Source: Octopus bimaculoides
Taxonomy: Eukaryota
Direction: 5' to 3'
Length of the DNA stretch: 64,000 bases
Assembly (NCBI RefSeq): GCF_001194135.2
Contig: NC_068985.1
Coordinates: forward strand, 102,962,364-103,026,363
Shown: positions 1-12,105 of the stretch, one piece after another
How positions within the stretch are numbered: the stretch's first letter is position 1
Layout: each line of letters starts with the position of its first letter
The notes under the pieces: model-generated
Seen by the model: the letters and a program-made list of their open reading frames with translations, nothing else
What the model was told of the DNA's origin: nothing
The model's database searches: none
Program-made: the position numbers and the translations under genes

Positions 1-42
<42 letters not shown>

Positions 43-60
43 TATGTGCGAGTGTGTATA

Positions 61-232
61 CGTATATACGATGGGCTTCTTTCAGTTTCCGTCTACCAAA
101 TCTACTCACAAAGCTTTGGTCGGTAGAGTCTATAGTAGAAAACACTTGCCCAAGGTGCCCTGCAGCGGGGGTGAACCTGAAACCATATGGTTGGGAAGCA
201 AGCTTCTTGCCACACACGACACCTGCACCTAT
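61..232 (-). mobile_element. SINE family A, 5' half (tRNA-like head + core)
   Basis: Reverse complement matches the copies at 6659, 13909, 39957 and 47700: A-box-like TGGCTGTGTGG, B-box-like GGTTCA, then gcaccttgggcaagtgt...gtagacggaaactgaaagaagccc. Confidence 0.85.
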
Positions 233-662
233 GTTTACAACAGATCGAAATTTCATAGCTTCTATACAGAGATAGTGGATGTTTGAATAAGATATTTGCT
301 TTATCCAATAAGCACATCGAATATCTTTTTGCCTCGTTGATATCTTGATGCGTGATCGGTAAAAATTTGATATTTTTCTCACCTCGTTTTCAAGAGATAT
401 TCGCCTTCTGTAACATCGTTAACGTTTATAAACAACTTTTGCAAAGGAGTGTGGTGATGAAAGTTTGAAGCTATTGGTGTTATCAGATTAGGATTTTCAT
501 TGCCACCTCTTCTTTTGTAACCGTGCAATGAAGAATGGGTTTGGACAGAGTCGTGTTAGAATACATGCTACAATGTGTATGTGTGTGTACTCACATACAC
601 ACATACACACATACACGCACACATATACGCTTACACCATGAATATGTGTATGTATATTACAT

Positions 663-698
<36 letters not shown>

Positions 699-1204
699 TA
701 TATGAATAATGCTTGTAGCTCCTTCCATGCCGCTGTTTCATCTTGGTGTCTAAGAATTTCAATACATTGGACTTCTGTAACTCCTGTAGCAGGAGTGGAA
801 GAACAAGGCAAAATAACAATGTCACATATGATATGTGACGCCACTACGATCTTGCTACCTCAAAAAGAAGTAGTATTTGCTAGTTTAGTTTCATTCGCTT
901 TGTCTTTCTCCTCATTGCTGATGTGGTTTATTGTATGCTATTTCTGTATTAAGAATAAATTGCACGGTTTTTATTAACTATTTTATACGGTCACTTTGTC
1001 CAAGATAGACCATGCAATGTTGGAAAACTCATATTTTACTATGTCATATATGCTTCGAGAAAAACAATTATGTCTTATTTCGTCTGTGGCAGTGTTTAAA
1101 AAGATCTTTGCTGCAATGATTGGCTCATAAATGAGTTTTTATTTTTCCTTCATAGACACAATATTGCGAGCTTCATTTTTTCTTCAAAGAATTTCTTCAA
1201 AGAA

Positions 1205-1490
1205 TCCCTTGTACTAAGAAAGTTCCCGAGCAAGATTGTTTATAGCAGACCAGTAACTACTAACCCATGCATACCGGCCTCCCTTCTCCACGCCACCGAT
1301 GTTATCCAAAGGAAAGCCAAAGGCCGATACAGCTTGGCAAGAATGACATCGCAACTCATTTCTACAAATGAGTGAACTGAAGCAACGTGATATAGAGTTT
1401 CTTGAGCAAGACACTTTATTTCAGGTTGCTTGGTCCGGGATTCAAACTCACTACCTCACTACCGACGCTCTAGCCACTGAGCCAGGGACC
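1205..1490 (-). mobile_element. SINE family B (tRNA head, core gagcaagacactttattt)
   Basis: Reverse complement aligns over ~280 nt with the + copies at 13470-13805 and 18685-19025. Confidence 0.8.
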
Positions 1491-2252
1491 TTCACTCAAT
1501 AGTAGTAGCCTGACATAAAATGCGTGTTGTCAGGTATTTAAGGGACATGACTCAATATATTGATAATTTTGGTCGTCGTTGATTTATATATTGTTTCCAG
1601 GGATTTTATTTATATTAGAAGAAAATACTATAGAAAACTTGACTTTTATATTGCTCCTGTTTGTTTTCTTTGTGGGAATGTTTGTTAAGGAGGAGAGGTG
1701 TTATCTATACAGCTATTAACGTCCTAGCTCAATGACAGGTTGGACCAGATCGAATTTCTCTCAGATGATGTGTTTTAATGTTTCTAGTTAGTGAATTATA
1801 TGCTACTGTGGTGTTTGAAGTGGTTATATAGGCGAATGAAATACAACCCCGCTCAATCTACCGTTTTAGTTTATTCAAGCCGTGGAGAAACTATATAAGT
1901 ATTCGATGCTGTGTATGAATATGTGTGAAAGTGTGTATGACTGTGAATCAGTATGCTTACAAGAAACGTGTATGCATGCTTATATAAATAAGTGTTGAAT
2001 ATATTTATAAAATCGTATTTCTTGTGTGTATATTCATACCTAAATAAACTCTATATCTATGTAATAATATTTATCAAAGACTTTATATGTGACTATGCCT
2101 TTCTCGTACGAAACATGTACTAACTTGTATAAACATGAAGCCTTTTTATCATTGATCGAATGCGCAAATCCATACATCTGCATGATTACCAAAAATAATT
2201 TGTTTAATTATTTACTTAAAACTTACATTCAGTTATTGTTATATTTTAACAG

Positions 2253-2352
2253 GGAAGTCCGATGTGCCCCCTGAAGATTTTTCCGTATCTTCTGCTTGTC
2301 TCCGCCTTACACTTTTGGGACCAAGGGGCTGAGGCGTCGACACTGCATAAAA
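2253..2352 (+). CDS. Candidate signal-peptide exon of an unidentified secreted protein (MCPLKIFPYLLLVSALHFWDQGAEA-STLHK)
   Basis: Acceptor ttattgttatattttaacAG (2251-2252), ATG at 2262, 30 open codons with a hydrophobic core and an A-E-A cleavage motif, then a phase-1 GTAAGT donor at 2353. Confidence 0.5.
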
Positions 2353-2879
2353 GTAAGTCAATCTTTCTGTTCTTTTCTTTACTTTATTTTCATGTTCTTT
2401 ATATTGTATCTCGCTCTAGAAACTTAGAATGGCGGGAATTTCTGTAGAGCACATCTTATTTCTCTTATATTTATGATTTATGTTTCAATTCGCCTTAGGA
2501 TGATTGCATAATGTAGAGATTATTTTCTACAAATGGCAATATTATTTTATTGAGTTCGCTTATCTTTGCAACCAAATACGGTTGATTGGTTCGATGAGGA
2601 GGTCCACCGACCTTCCGAATACGATCGGTTGGTTTACAGGCATAGGTCTTTTGGTATATTTATGGTGTGGAAATTTAGCTGTGGACAACCATGTCTACCT
2701 AACCGTCATATTCTGAAAGAAATGGTCATGATAAAGAGGAGACAACTACATATCAGACAGGTTGTGGTGTATGAATTTATGTGTAGATACATATGTGTGT
2801 ATGCATATGCATATTTACATAGATATATATATATATTCATATATATAACTCACGCATACAGGTACATATATACATGTAT

Positions 2880-2883
2880 ACAC

Positions 2884-2958
<75 letters not shown>

Positions 2959-2989
2959 CACATATATATGTGTGTATATATATATATAT

Positions 2990-3084
<95 letters not shown>

Positions 3085-3105
3085 TGTGTGTATGTATATA
3101 TATAT
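2880..3105. repeat. (AT)n/(ATGT)n compound microsatellite
   Basis: Direct reading. Confidence 0.95.
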
Positions 3106-5499
3106 AAACCACCTGACACCCACATCTACATATTTGAACTTCACGTTCAAGTCATCAGTGATGATGAGAATGTGCTTCGTTTACTGCGGAGCCAGGGTGC
3201 CAGGAATGCTAGAATTTGGGATGTTATGATGTTGAATTACAATCTATGCAACTGAAAATGAAAATTTAGATTGTCATATTTCCTGGAGCAGTAGCTTCTA
3301 TATTGGAATATCACGGCAATTCACTTCTGAAAATAAAACATCATTCATATTAACTGTCGAAACGTTTAGATATGAATCTAAGCTGAGATTGAAACCGTTC
3401 CGGCAGAAAATGCTAATTTGTATCGCAGGATTACTTTTCCCTGAGACGATGACATACACTACAACTCCTACCATGGTTTACTCACTTTAGAAAGTTGTAA
3501 GGGCTGCAAGCAATATGAACGCTATAAATGACGCAAGTGAAATTAAAGTGTTCACAAAGAATTTCTCACCTTTGTTGACCAGAGCGTTTGTTTCCTCCCG
3601 TCTACGTGACAGAGAGAAATCGTTTTCATACAAAAACACCTGAAACGATAGAATTGAATGACTTAACAAAGCAAAGTTACACGTAAACACACAAACTCAC
3701 ACGCATATACATATATANNNNNNNNNNNNNNNNNNNNNNNNNNNNNNNNNNNNNNNNNNNNNNNNNNNNNNNNNNNNNNNNNNNNNNNNNNNNNNNNNNN
3801 NNNNNNNNNNNNNNNNNNNNNNNNNNNNNNNNNNNNNNNNNNNNNNNNNNNNNNNNNNNNNNNNNNNNNNNNNNNNNNNNNNNNNNNNNNNNNNNNNNNN
3901 NNNNNNNNNNNNNNNNNNNNNNNNNNNNNNNNNNNNNNNNNNNNNNNNNNNNNNNNNNNNNNNNNNNNNNNNNNNNNNNNNNNNNNNNNNNNNNNNNNNN
4001 NNNNNNNNNNNNNNNNNNNNNNNNNNNNNNNNNNNNNNNNNNNNNNNNNNNNNNNNNNNNNNNNNNNNNNNNNNNNNNNNNNNNNNNNNNNNNNNNNNNN
4101 NNNNNNNNNNNNNNNNNNNNNNNNNNNNNNNNNNNNNNNNNNNNNNNNNNNNNNNNNNNNNNNNNNNNNNNNNNNNNNNNNNNNNNNNNNNNNNNNNNNN
4201 NNNNNNNNNNNNNNNNNNNNNNNNNNNNNNNNNNNNNNNNNNNNNNNNNNNNNNNNNNNNNNNNNNNNNNNNNNNNNNNNNNNNNNNNNNNNNNNNNNNN
4301 NNNNNNNNNNNNNNNNNNNNNNNNNNNNNNNNNNNNNNNNNNNNNNNNNNNNNNNNNNNNNNNNNNNNNNNNNNNNNNNNNNNNNNNNNNNNNNNNNNNN
4401 NTATATATATATAGTATTTACACATGACTGTGCAGGCTGTTTGTTCAGTTTGATTGTTTGTGTATGCGTGTTTCCTGTATACTGGATGATTTGTATCTGT
4501 TCGCATAGAATAGAAGCCGAAGTCAATGTCAAGAAAGTAAGCGATAGCTTAACCCTCTCCTTTTCTGTCTTTTAACAAACAATCATTTGCTACACACAAA
4601 CTTTTAACCAAAGATAAATGTTTATAATGGATGAGATAGTATAAACAAGATTGTCTCTGGATTGAATCGAATGATCAACAGTGAACTTCCAAGTTGAAAC
4701 ACTAAAACTCCAATAACGTGAATACAAAACAGCGGATACAAACCGTGCCTTTCTCGAAGCTTCACGCCAAACACAACGAGATTGTAAAATCAACATCTCT
4801 CTACTCCAATTTATATTCAATTACACACGCACACTCGTAAAACACAAAGATACACACACATAGACACAGATGCAAAGAGAGGCACACACAAGCACACAGT
4901 TATATATATACATGTCTGTGTGTATTATGTATGTTTATATGTATACCTTTTTACATACATATCAATCTGTCAGTAAATATTTATTTAAGAAATCAATATT
5001 TATTTATTTCACACAAGAGTAATAAATATACGCTATTCAGTGTTTTCCGATGTAGCTGATGTGTCACTCTTGCAGCGCTTGTTTTCCAGTGTGTCGGGAA
5101 CAAGAACGTTCAGTGGAAGATAGATTTTTATGGTTTTTAGCTTACTAGCTTGTTATAGAAATAGGAAATTTAGTCCCAAAACAACAGGAAAAGAGGCGAA
5201 ATGATGTTTGACTATGAGAGTGTGGTAGACAAATTTATTGTGATAATGAGATTTTACGGCAATCTACGCTTTTGTTTGCTGTATATATTGTAGTAAACGA
5301 AAATATTATTCAACACACTCTTGCTCATTTCGATGCGAATTGAATTTAGTTTTTTCATTGTCTTGTGACCCGTCTAGGAAGGACAAGGGAGTTAATAGTT
5401 GTTGATTATATATCTTTATTGTCATTTTTATTATTTGCATCATCATCGACATCATCATCATCATGGTCATCATCATCATCATGGTCATCATCATCATTA

Positions 5500-6250
5500 A
5501 TGCAGCGAGCTGGCAAAGGAGAACGCCGGACAAAATGCTTAGCAGTTTTTTTTTTTTATCCGTCTTCACATTCTGCGTTCGAATTCGACTTTGCCTTTCA
5601 TCCTTTCGAGGTCAATAGAATAAGTACCAGTTGAAAACTGGGGTCGATGCAATCAACTAGCACCCTCCCATAATATTTCAGGCTTTACACCTAAAGCATT
5701 ATTAACCCAATGAACTGGTAGAATCTTTAGCGCGTCGGACAAAATTCTTAGCGGCATTTCGCCTGCTTTTACGTTCGGAGTTCAAATTCTGTGAGATTGA
5801 CTTCGCCTTTCATCCCTTCTTGGTCGATAAAATAAGTAACAGTTGAGTACTGGGGTTGATGTAGTCGATTATACCCCTTTCCCTAACGTGCCCTTTCCCT
5901 AATAATATTCATATTGAGGTAGTGAGCTGTCAGAATCGTTAGCCTTTTATCCTTTTGGGGTCGATGAAATAAGTACCAGCTGAGCTCAGCGGTCGATGTA
6001 TTTGACTAGCTCCCTACACCAAACATTCAGGTTTTATACCTATATCGAAAACATCGTCATTATCGTTCAGGCAGTGAGCTGGCAGATTCCATTCGGCGTC
6101 GAACAAAATGCTTTGAGTTCTAAATTCAAATACCGCCGATATCAACTATTCCTTTCGTTGACGAAATAAGTATCACTCAAGTAGAGAGCCTAATGCAATT
6201 AACAAACCTTCTCTACTAGAACTGCTAGTCTTTAGCCGAAATTTGAAACA
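5500..6250 (+). mobile_element. Four decayed, co-oriented SINE family C copies
   Basis: The motif ttcgcctttcatcc...gtcgataaaataagtaccagttga...ggggtcgat recurs at ~5590, ~5800, ~5960 and ~6150. Confidence 0.75.
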
Positions 6251-6470
6251 ATTATTGTAATCACTACAGTTGTTATTATCAAATTAACTTGGTTTGAGAG
6301 TATTGAAACAAAAAGATTAAACCTTGTGAGCAAGCTGGCCCCAGCACTCTCAGATCTTAAAGACCCTTCTTGTGATTTTTGCCGTTCTATAGAATTTCGA
6401 TACCAAGTTTGAGTTGTAACTTATCTAACGGGGATTTGAGATTAATTGGTACTATTATACAAGCATACAG

Positions 6471-6472
6471 AA

Positions 6473-6520
<48 letters not shown>

Positions 6521-6578
6521 GGACGGACGGACGGACGGACGGACGGACAGACGGACGGACGGATGGATGGATGGATGG
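6471..6578. repeat. Compound (GACA)n(GACG)n(GATG)n tetranucleotide repeat
   Basis: Direct reading. Confidence 0.95.
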
Positions 6579-6658
6579 GTTGATTCATAGATTAATTAAT
6601 GCATAAATATATGTGCATGTATACAAGCACATGTAGATACACATATACTTGTATATAT

Positions 6659-6817
6659 ATAGGAGTGGCTGTGTGGTCAGTAGCTTGCTAACGAACCACA
6701 TGTTTCCGTGTTCAGTCCCACTGCGTCGCACCTTGGGCAAGTGTCTTTTACTATAGCCTCGGGCCGACCAAAGCCTTGTGAGTGGATTTGGTAGACGGAA
6801 TCTGAAAGAAGCCCGTC

Positions 6818-6874
<57 letters not shown>

Positions 6875-7048
6875 TGTGTCTGTTTAACCCCCAACATCGC
6901 TTGACAACCGATGCTGGTGTGTTTACGTCCCCGTAACTTAGCGGTTCGGCAAAAGGAAACGATAAAATAAGTACTAGGCTTACAAAGAATAAGCCCTGGG
7001 GTCGATTTGCTCGACTAAAGGCGATGCTCCAGCATGGCCACAGCATGG
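6659..7048 (+). mobile_element. SINE family A, near full length, with internal (TG)n
   Basis: Head, core, (TG)n at 6820-6870, then the 3' module catcgcttgacaaccgatgctgg...ctccagcatggccacag. Colinear with 47700-48095. Confidence 0.9.
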
Positions 7049-7084
7049 CTATCATACGCTTAGCATCAAAGCATCAAAAGTCAC

Positions 7085-7170
7085 TTCTCCTTCTCCCAGA
7101 AGAACGACTCAGTCCGAAACGTCGGAGCCTCTTCTCCCAGTGGCAGACGAGCTTAAGAAATGTTACACTG
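7085..7170 (+). mobile_element. Penelope-like terminal fragment with degenerate minimal hammerhead motif
   Basis: ctcc-CAGAAGA-A-cgac-tca-gtcc-GAAAC-GTC-ggag at 7093-7127. Confidence 0.45.
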
Positions 7171-7389
7171 TGTGTATGGATGTGTCTGTTTATACATACG
7201 CACACATACACACACATACAAACATACACACATACACACACACACACACGCACGCACACACACACGCATACTCACACCAACACATATGTTTATATGAGTG
7301 TATGAGAGCCTGTATGTGTATGTATAATTATTTTCGGTGCTTCCTGCCACTCTCTCTCACCCCCTCTATTCCAATCCCTCCCACTCTCT

Positions 7390-7527
<138 letters not shown>

Positions 7528-8008
7528 CTCATACCATTTTTCTCTCTGCTTATATGTTTGTATACCTGTTTGTGATTAAACGCGCGTGATATTTCTAAAT
7601 ATATCTAACGCTTTAAGATAGAAGATTCATATACTTATTTGTATGAGTACCAGGCTGTAAAGAAAAACGCTGAAGTATATAAACGTACGAGAAAAGCAGA
7701 CAGATGGAATTTCTTTTTAGAATTAATGTAACCTTTATTTATTCTTGAAATTCAGAAACTACTAAAAGCATTTCGGAATGGATCTCAACAAATGTATAGC
7801 AAATTCGATTTGTTAATTAAGATGGTAGAAATCTATATATGCTGCTGCAAGTGCTACATGAACACAAGGCCTTCGTTATAAATATATATATGTATATAGA
7901 TATATAGATATATATATATATATATACATGTGCATACACATATATGTGTTTGTGTGTGTGTATGCATGTATGTATGTATATTTATATATGTATACATGTA
8001 TATATACG

Positions 8009-8042
<34 letters not shown>

Positions 8043-8100
8043 AACTTTTAGATTTATTTATTATATAAACATACTTTTATAGTTTACATGTGTGTGTCTT

Positions 8101-8139
<39 letters not shown>

Positions 8140-10487
8140 NNNNNNNNNNNNNNNNNNNNNNNNNNNNNNNNNNNNNNNNNNNNNNNNNNNNNNNNNNNNN
8201 NNNNNNNNNNNNNNNNNNNNNNNNNNNNNNNNNNNNNNNNNNNNNNNNNNNNNNNNNNNNNNNNNNNNNNNNNNNNNNNNNNNNNNNNNNNNNNNNNNNN
8301 NNNNNNNNNNNNNNNNNNNNNNNNNNNNNNNNNNNNNNNNNNNNNNNNNNNNNNNNNNNNNNNNNNNNNNNNNNNNNNNNNNNNNNNNNNNNNNNNNNNN
8401 NNNNNNNNNNNNNNNNNNNNNNNNNNNNNNNNNNNNNNNNNNNNNNNNNNNNNNNNNNNNNNNNNNNNNNNNNNNNNNNNNNNNNNNNNNNNNNNNNNNN
8501 NNNNNNNNNNNNNNNNNNNNNNNNNNNNNNNNNNNNNNNNNNNNNNNNNNNNNNNNNNNNNNNNNNNNNNNNNNNNNNNNNNNNNNNNNNNNNNNNNNNN
8601 NNNNNNNNNNNNNNNNNNNNNNNNNNNNNNNNNNNNNNNNNNNNNNNNNNNNNNNNNNNNNNNNNNNNNNNNNNNNNNNNNNNNNNNNNNNNNNNNNNNN
8701 NNNNNNNNNNNNNNNNNNNNNNNNNNNNNNNNNNNNNNNNNNNNNNNNNNNNNNNNNNNNNNNNNATATACATGTATATACATATATATATATATCTATG
8801 AATATATAAATAAATGTATATGTATCTATACATATATACATACATACATACATACATACATACATACATACATACGTACGTACCACTGTTATATATGTTT
8901 AAATTGGAGTATGTTCTGCTTGAGATGAGATATAAATATCTGAAAACTTCTCATCGTAAAAAAATGTTGAGTATATTTAAATGCTATTTAAATACGTAGG
9001 ATCTAGGTTAAGAGATGAATTCCACAACATCAGTACCCCTCCATCATCAAGTCGGTCTCTTGACGAGATATCAGAGCCTAGATAGAATATCTAAGAATGA
9101 AGTTGTGAAATAGTGAAATAAACTGGATGGAAGTATGTGCCTTTTTGCATGCGACTAATCGTATATGCGAGCGAGTGTGATGCCTGTATGGACTGCTGTG
9201 TCGCGAGTATTATTGATTGTGAGAGTGTATTCATTATTATCTCTGTGTGTTTATTTATTACACTGTTAGGAACACTCGAAGCAAATCATGCAAACAAAGA
9301 TATTATTCAGCTTCAAATTAACAAGGAAATAATAATTTAAAAAATAGATACTCCAGCAAAACAACAGAAAAACTAATAAATGTATTCTCCGTCGTGTATC
9401 GCAGAACATGCATGGAGACATGCATAAATATGCAAAGTAATTAACATCAATAACTCTAAAAATGGCTTCAGCAAGTAACGAGTCGCGATAACAAATTCAA
9501 GTCATTTACCCACATCCTAACAGCAAGCAAACCCTACCATATTTAAGATCCCTTCTTTCCATGAGATAACAAAATGTAGAAATATCCAAGATCTGTATTC
9601 AATAAATTATTCAACTTCCTCTTCAAAATTTCAATTCAAAGCTTTATCAAAGTCCCAACCGGAGCAATATCAAATAAACCCCATTTCATTCCTATTCATA
9701 CTTTCAAAACCCCAATAAAAGACACATCTTTGATATTAACAACCCATGCATTCTTTTTCTAACTTGTAATCAGTACACTACCCACAATACATATTGGCTT
9801 CAACAACAAAAGATTGAGATCCACGTACCATTGACGTCACCATTTTCCACTTCATTTCTCGCTGCTTACTTATAAATAAAATCGTAAGCACCTTCCTCTG
9901 TGTGTTAAGCCTGTGTAAAATTTAATAACGCGTCTAGAATATACAATTCTTTCAATGAAGGACCACTAGGATCTGTTTTCTCAACCTCTCTTTTTTTTCA
10001 TTTTTCATTTATACTTACAAGATCTTCCCATCTAATCATACAAAGTATACGCTGTTGTTCATACACTTTTGTTATCAATTTTACCCTTTATAGCAATAGC
10101 TGAACAGTTACTTCAGATTTACATCAAGCATCAGGAAACCTGGCTTCAAAAAAACATAAAAGCAATATTAACCAAACAGAGCAGCTCTGTTCTTACTAGT
10201 CATATAAATGAAATCAAACATTACCGACCAGAACACTGTGCTATATATAAATATATCACATAAACAGTGGACACAAATACTAGAAATAATATCATTAACA
10301 GCTCATAATAAAGACATAGCAAAGGAAGCAAGCTGATGCATTGAAACAAAAAGAGAGCTCACATTGTTTTCGCTGTCAAATATAAATCATTTTGTATTCA
10401 AATAATATATATTGATTCATCGTGAATTAAGCCTCCGCTGTCTCAGCCACAAGATCTCCACAACAATGTGTCCAACGGAGCAAATAG

Positions 10488-10724
10488 GGTTCAAAATATC
10501 TCATTGGATCTAATGATGTACGAATCAATGTATCGGGATACATGTCACCAGAGATAAGCGCAGAAGAAGAGTATCTGTCTTACTCTGATAAACCCCCACC
10601 TTCTTGCATCCTACAACTACCAGATCCCATAGATTTAATAGAAATAGATTTGACTGTGGAGAAAAATGTAGCATATTTAGACGTTTACTTTGAATTCGTC
10701 TGCGATAAATCAGTGCATGCGTAA
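10488..10724 (+). pseudogene. Candidate exon or pseudo-exon, C-type-lectin-like C-terminal half
   Basis: 78 open codons: GSKYLIGSNDVRINVSG...YLSYSDKPPPSCIL...YFEFVCDKSVHA*. Spacing recalls WIGLND...P..C...FVCE. GTAAGT at 10721. Acceptor is weak. Confidence 0.3.
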
Positions 10725-11914
10725 GTGTAGTTTTCAAGCTGAGGAAAGCAAGGTGTAAATGAAGCAATAGATTTATTGGTCACATTCAGTTGTTCGATCA
10801 CCTACTATCAGATGATAATATCTTTGATGAAGGTTGGCCAAAATAACATCATAAAAACTAAGATGAATCCATCTTAAACGGAATGTCAAGTCTGAGGTAC
10901 GATACAAATACATTTTGGTTTATATTTCTATATTATAAGAGGATTCGGAGACTAAAGAAGTTATGGCTTTGATTGATGTGTGAAAGTACCACCCATACTT
11001 TTTAAATAAAATTAAATAAAATGAGGATCAATTATAAGCCAAATTAATGTGTTCAATAAAATTAGTTGAGAGCTTAATGGTAGATGATCGATGGCGATGG
11101 TGACATCTCCACAATTGTAGAGTCATCATAATGCACCATTTGAAGCTTTGTTATATAGCTGGTACTTAGTTTCGGATTCTTGGATTTTACATGGATAGAT
11201 GTTGAATGTGCTTCTGAAAACTATTATATTTCAAGAACATATGCCATATGCCATTATATTTCAAGAACATATGCCATTCTCTCAACTAGAGAAACTGTCA
11301 CAAATTCAATGAAGGAGTAAAATACGGTACACAGCAACCCACTTAAAAGAAAATCAACATATAATAATGGTTTCATCATTCTCTTTTAGTTGATAGTTTA
11401 ATAATTCTAACCACCTGAGTATTTCACATTTACTTGATGAGTGTATGATTTGCTAAGAGTAAAATGATACAAAATTAACAGAAGGTAATCACAAGAGGAT
11501 TTAAGACGAAAGAAAACAACTTAAAAGCATAAAAATATAACAAATTGTGTGGGAACGTATGTATGGCGTTTGCTTTTTGAAGCTGCTAATTTATCGATAC
11601 TATCATTATTCCTTAGTAACAAACGATAGTTTTGTTACTTAGATACCACTGTTTATCTCCTAAATTTCTCGTTATTAAATCTTTCCCAGGGAATTCTTTA
11701 CTTTTAAATCTTACGTTTCCAGCAAGTAATCAACAACAAAGAATTCCAATAAATGGTACAAAATGTAGTTATCGCTCTTACATTCATCTCACCTTTACTT
11801 CTGTGTGCGTGCACGCTCATGTGCATTAGCTTGTGATGGTGTAAGCGTGCGTGTGCATGTGCGTATGCATGTGCGTGTGTGTGTGTACGATTTTCCCTGT
11901 TTATTCTTTTATTA

Positions 11915-12105
11915 TTTTAGTTGTTTCACTCATTTCGCTGCAGCCATGCTGGAGCACCGTCTTGAAGGGTTTTAGTCAAACAAATCGACCCCCATGATCT
12001 ATAACTTTTAAGCCTAGTGCTTATTCTATCAGTCTTTTGATGAACTGCTAAGTTACGGCGACGGAACACACCAACACCGGTTGTCAAGCGATGGTGGGGG
12101 ACAGA
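11915..12105 (-). mobile_element. SINE family A, 3' module
   Basis: Reverse complement of the 3' module of the 6659 and 47700 copies, followed by GACA/TG repeats. Confidence 0.8.

Noticed and set aside
2-286. Recurrent ORFs with FQFPSTK / RLPNPLTRLWS / CHAVGLNPEPCGW (also 6585, 13882, 39433, 61556)
   Set aside because: Translations of SINE family A, not a protein family.
780-840. Short palindromes (actcctg-tag-caggagt; gtcacatat-g-atatgtgac) and small tandem duplications at 11223-11276 and 24787-24827
   Set aside because: Short enough to be chance or local slippage, with no supporting context.
2591-2625. Hammerhead-like tcgatga-stem-gaatac
   Set aside because: Multiple core mismatches and no stem I or III pairing.
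2815-3229. YIYI, CVCV, HTHT and SLSL ORFs here and throughout
   Set aside because: Translations of microsatellites.
3487-3600. nAChR or chemotactile-receptor M2 helix (GEK followed by a hydrophobic stretch)
   Set aside because: No M1 helix or Cys-loop precedes GEK; the upstream sequence is charged.
9400-10400. Mitochondrial insertion (NUMT), suggested by in-frame TGA and strand skew
   Set aside because: Invertebrate mitochondrial-code translation still has TAA/TAG stops and resembles no mitochondrial protein I recognise.
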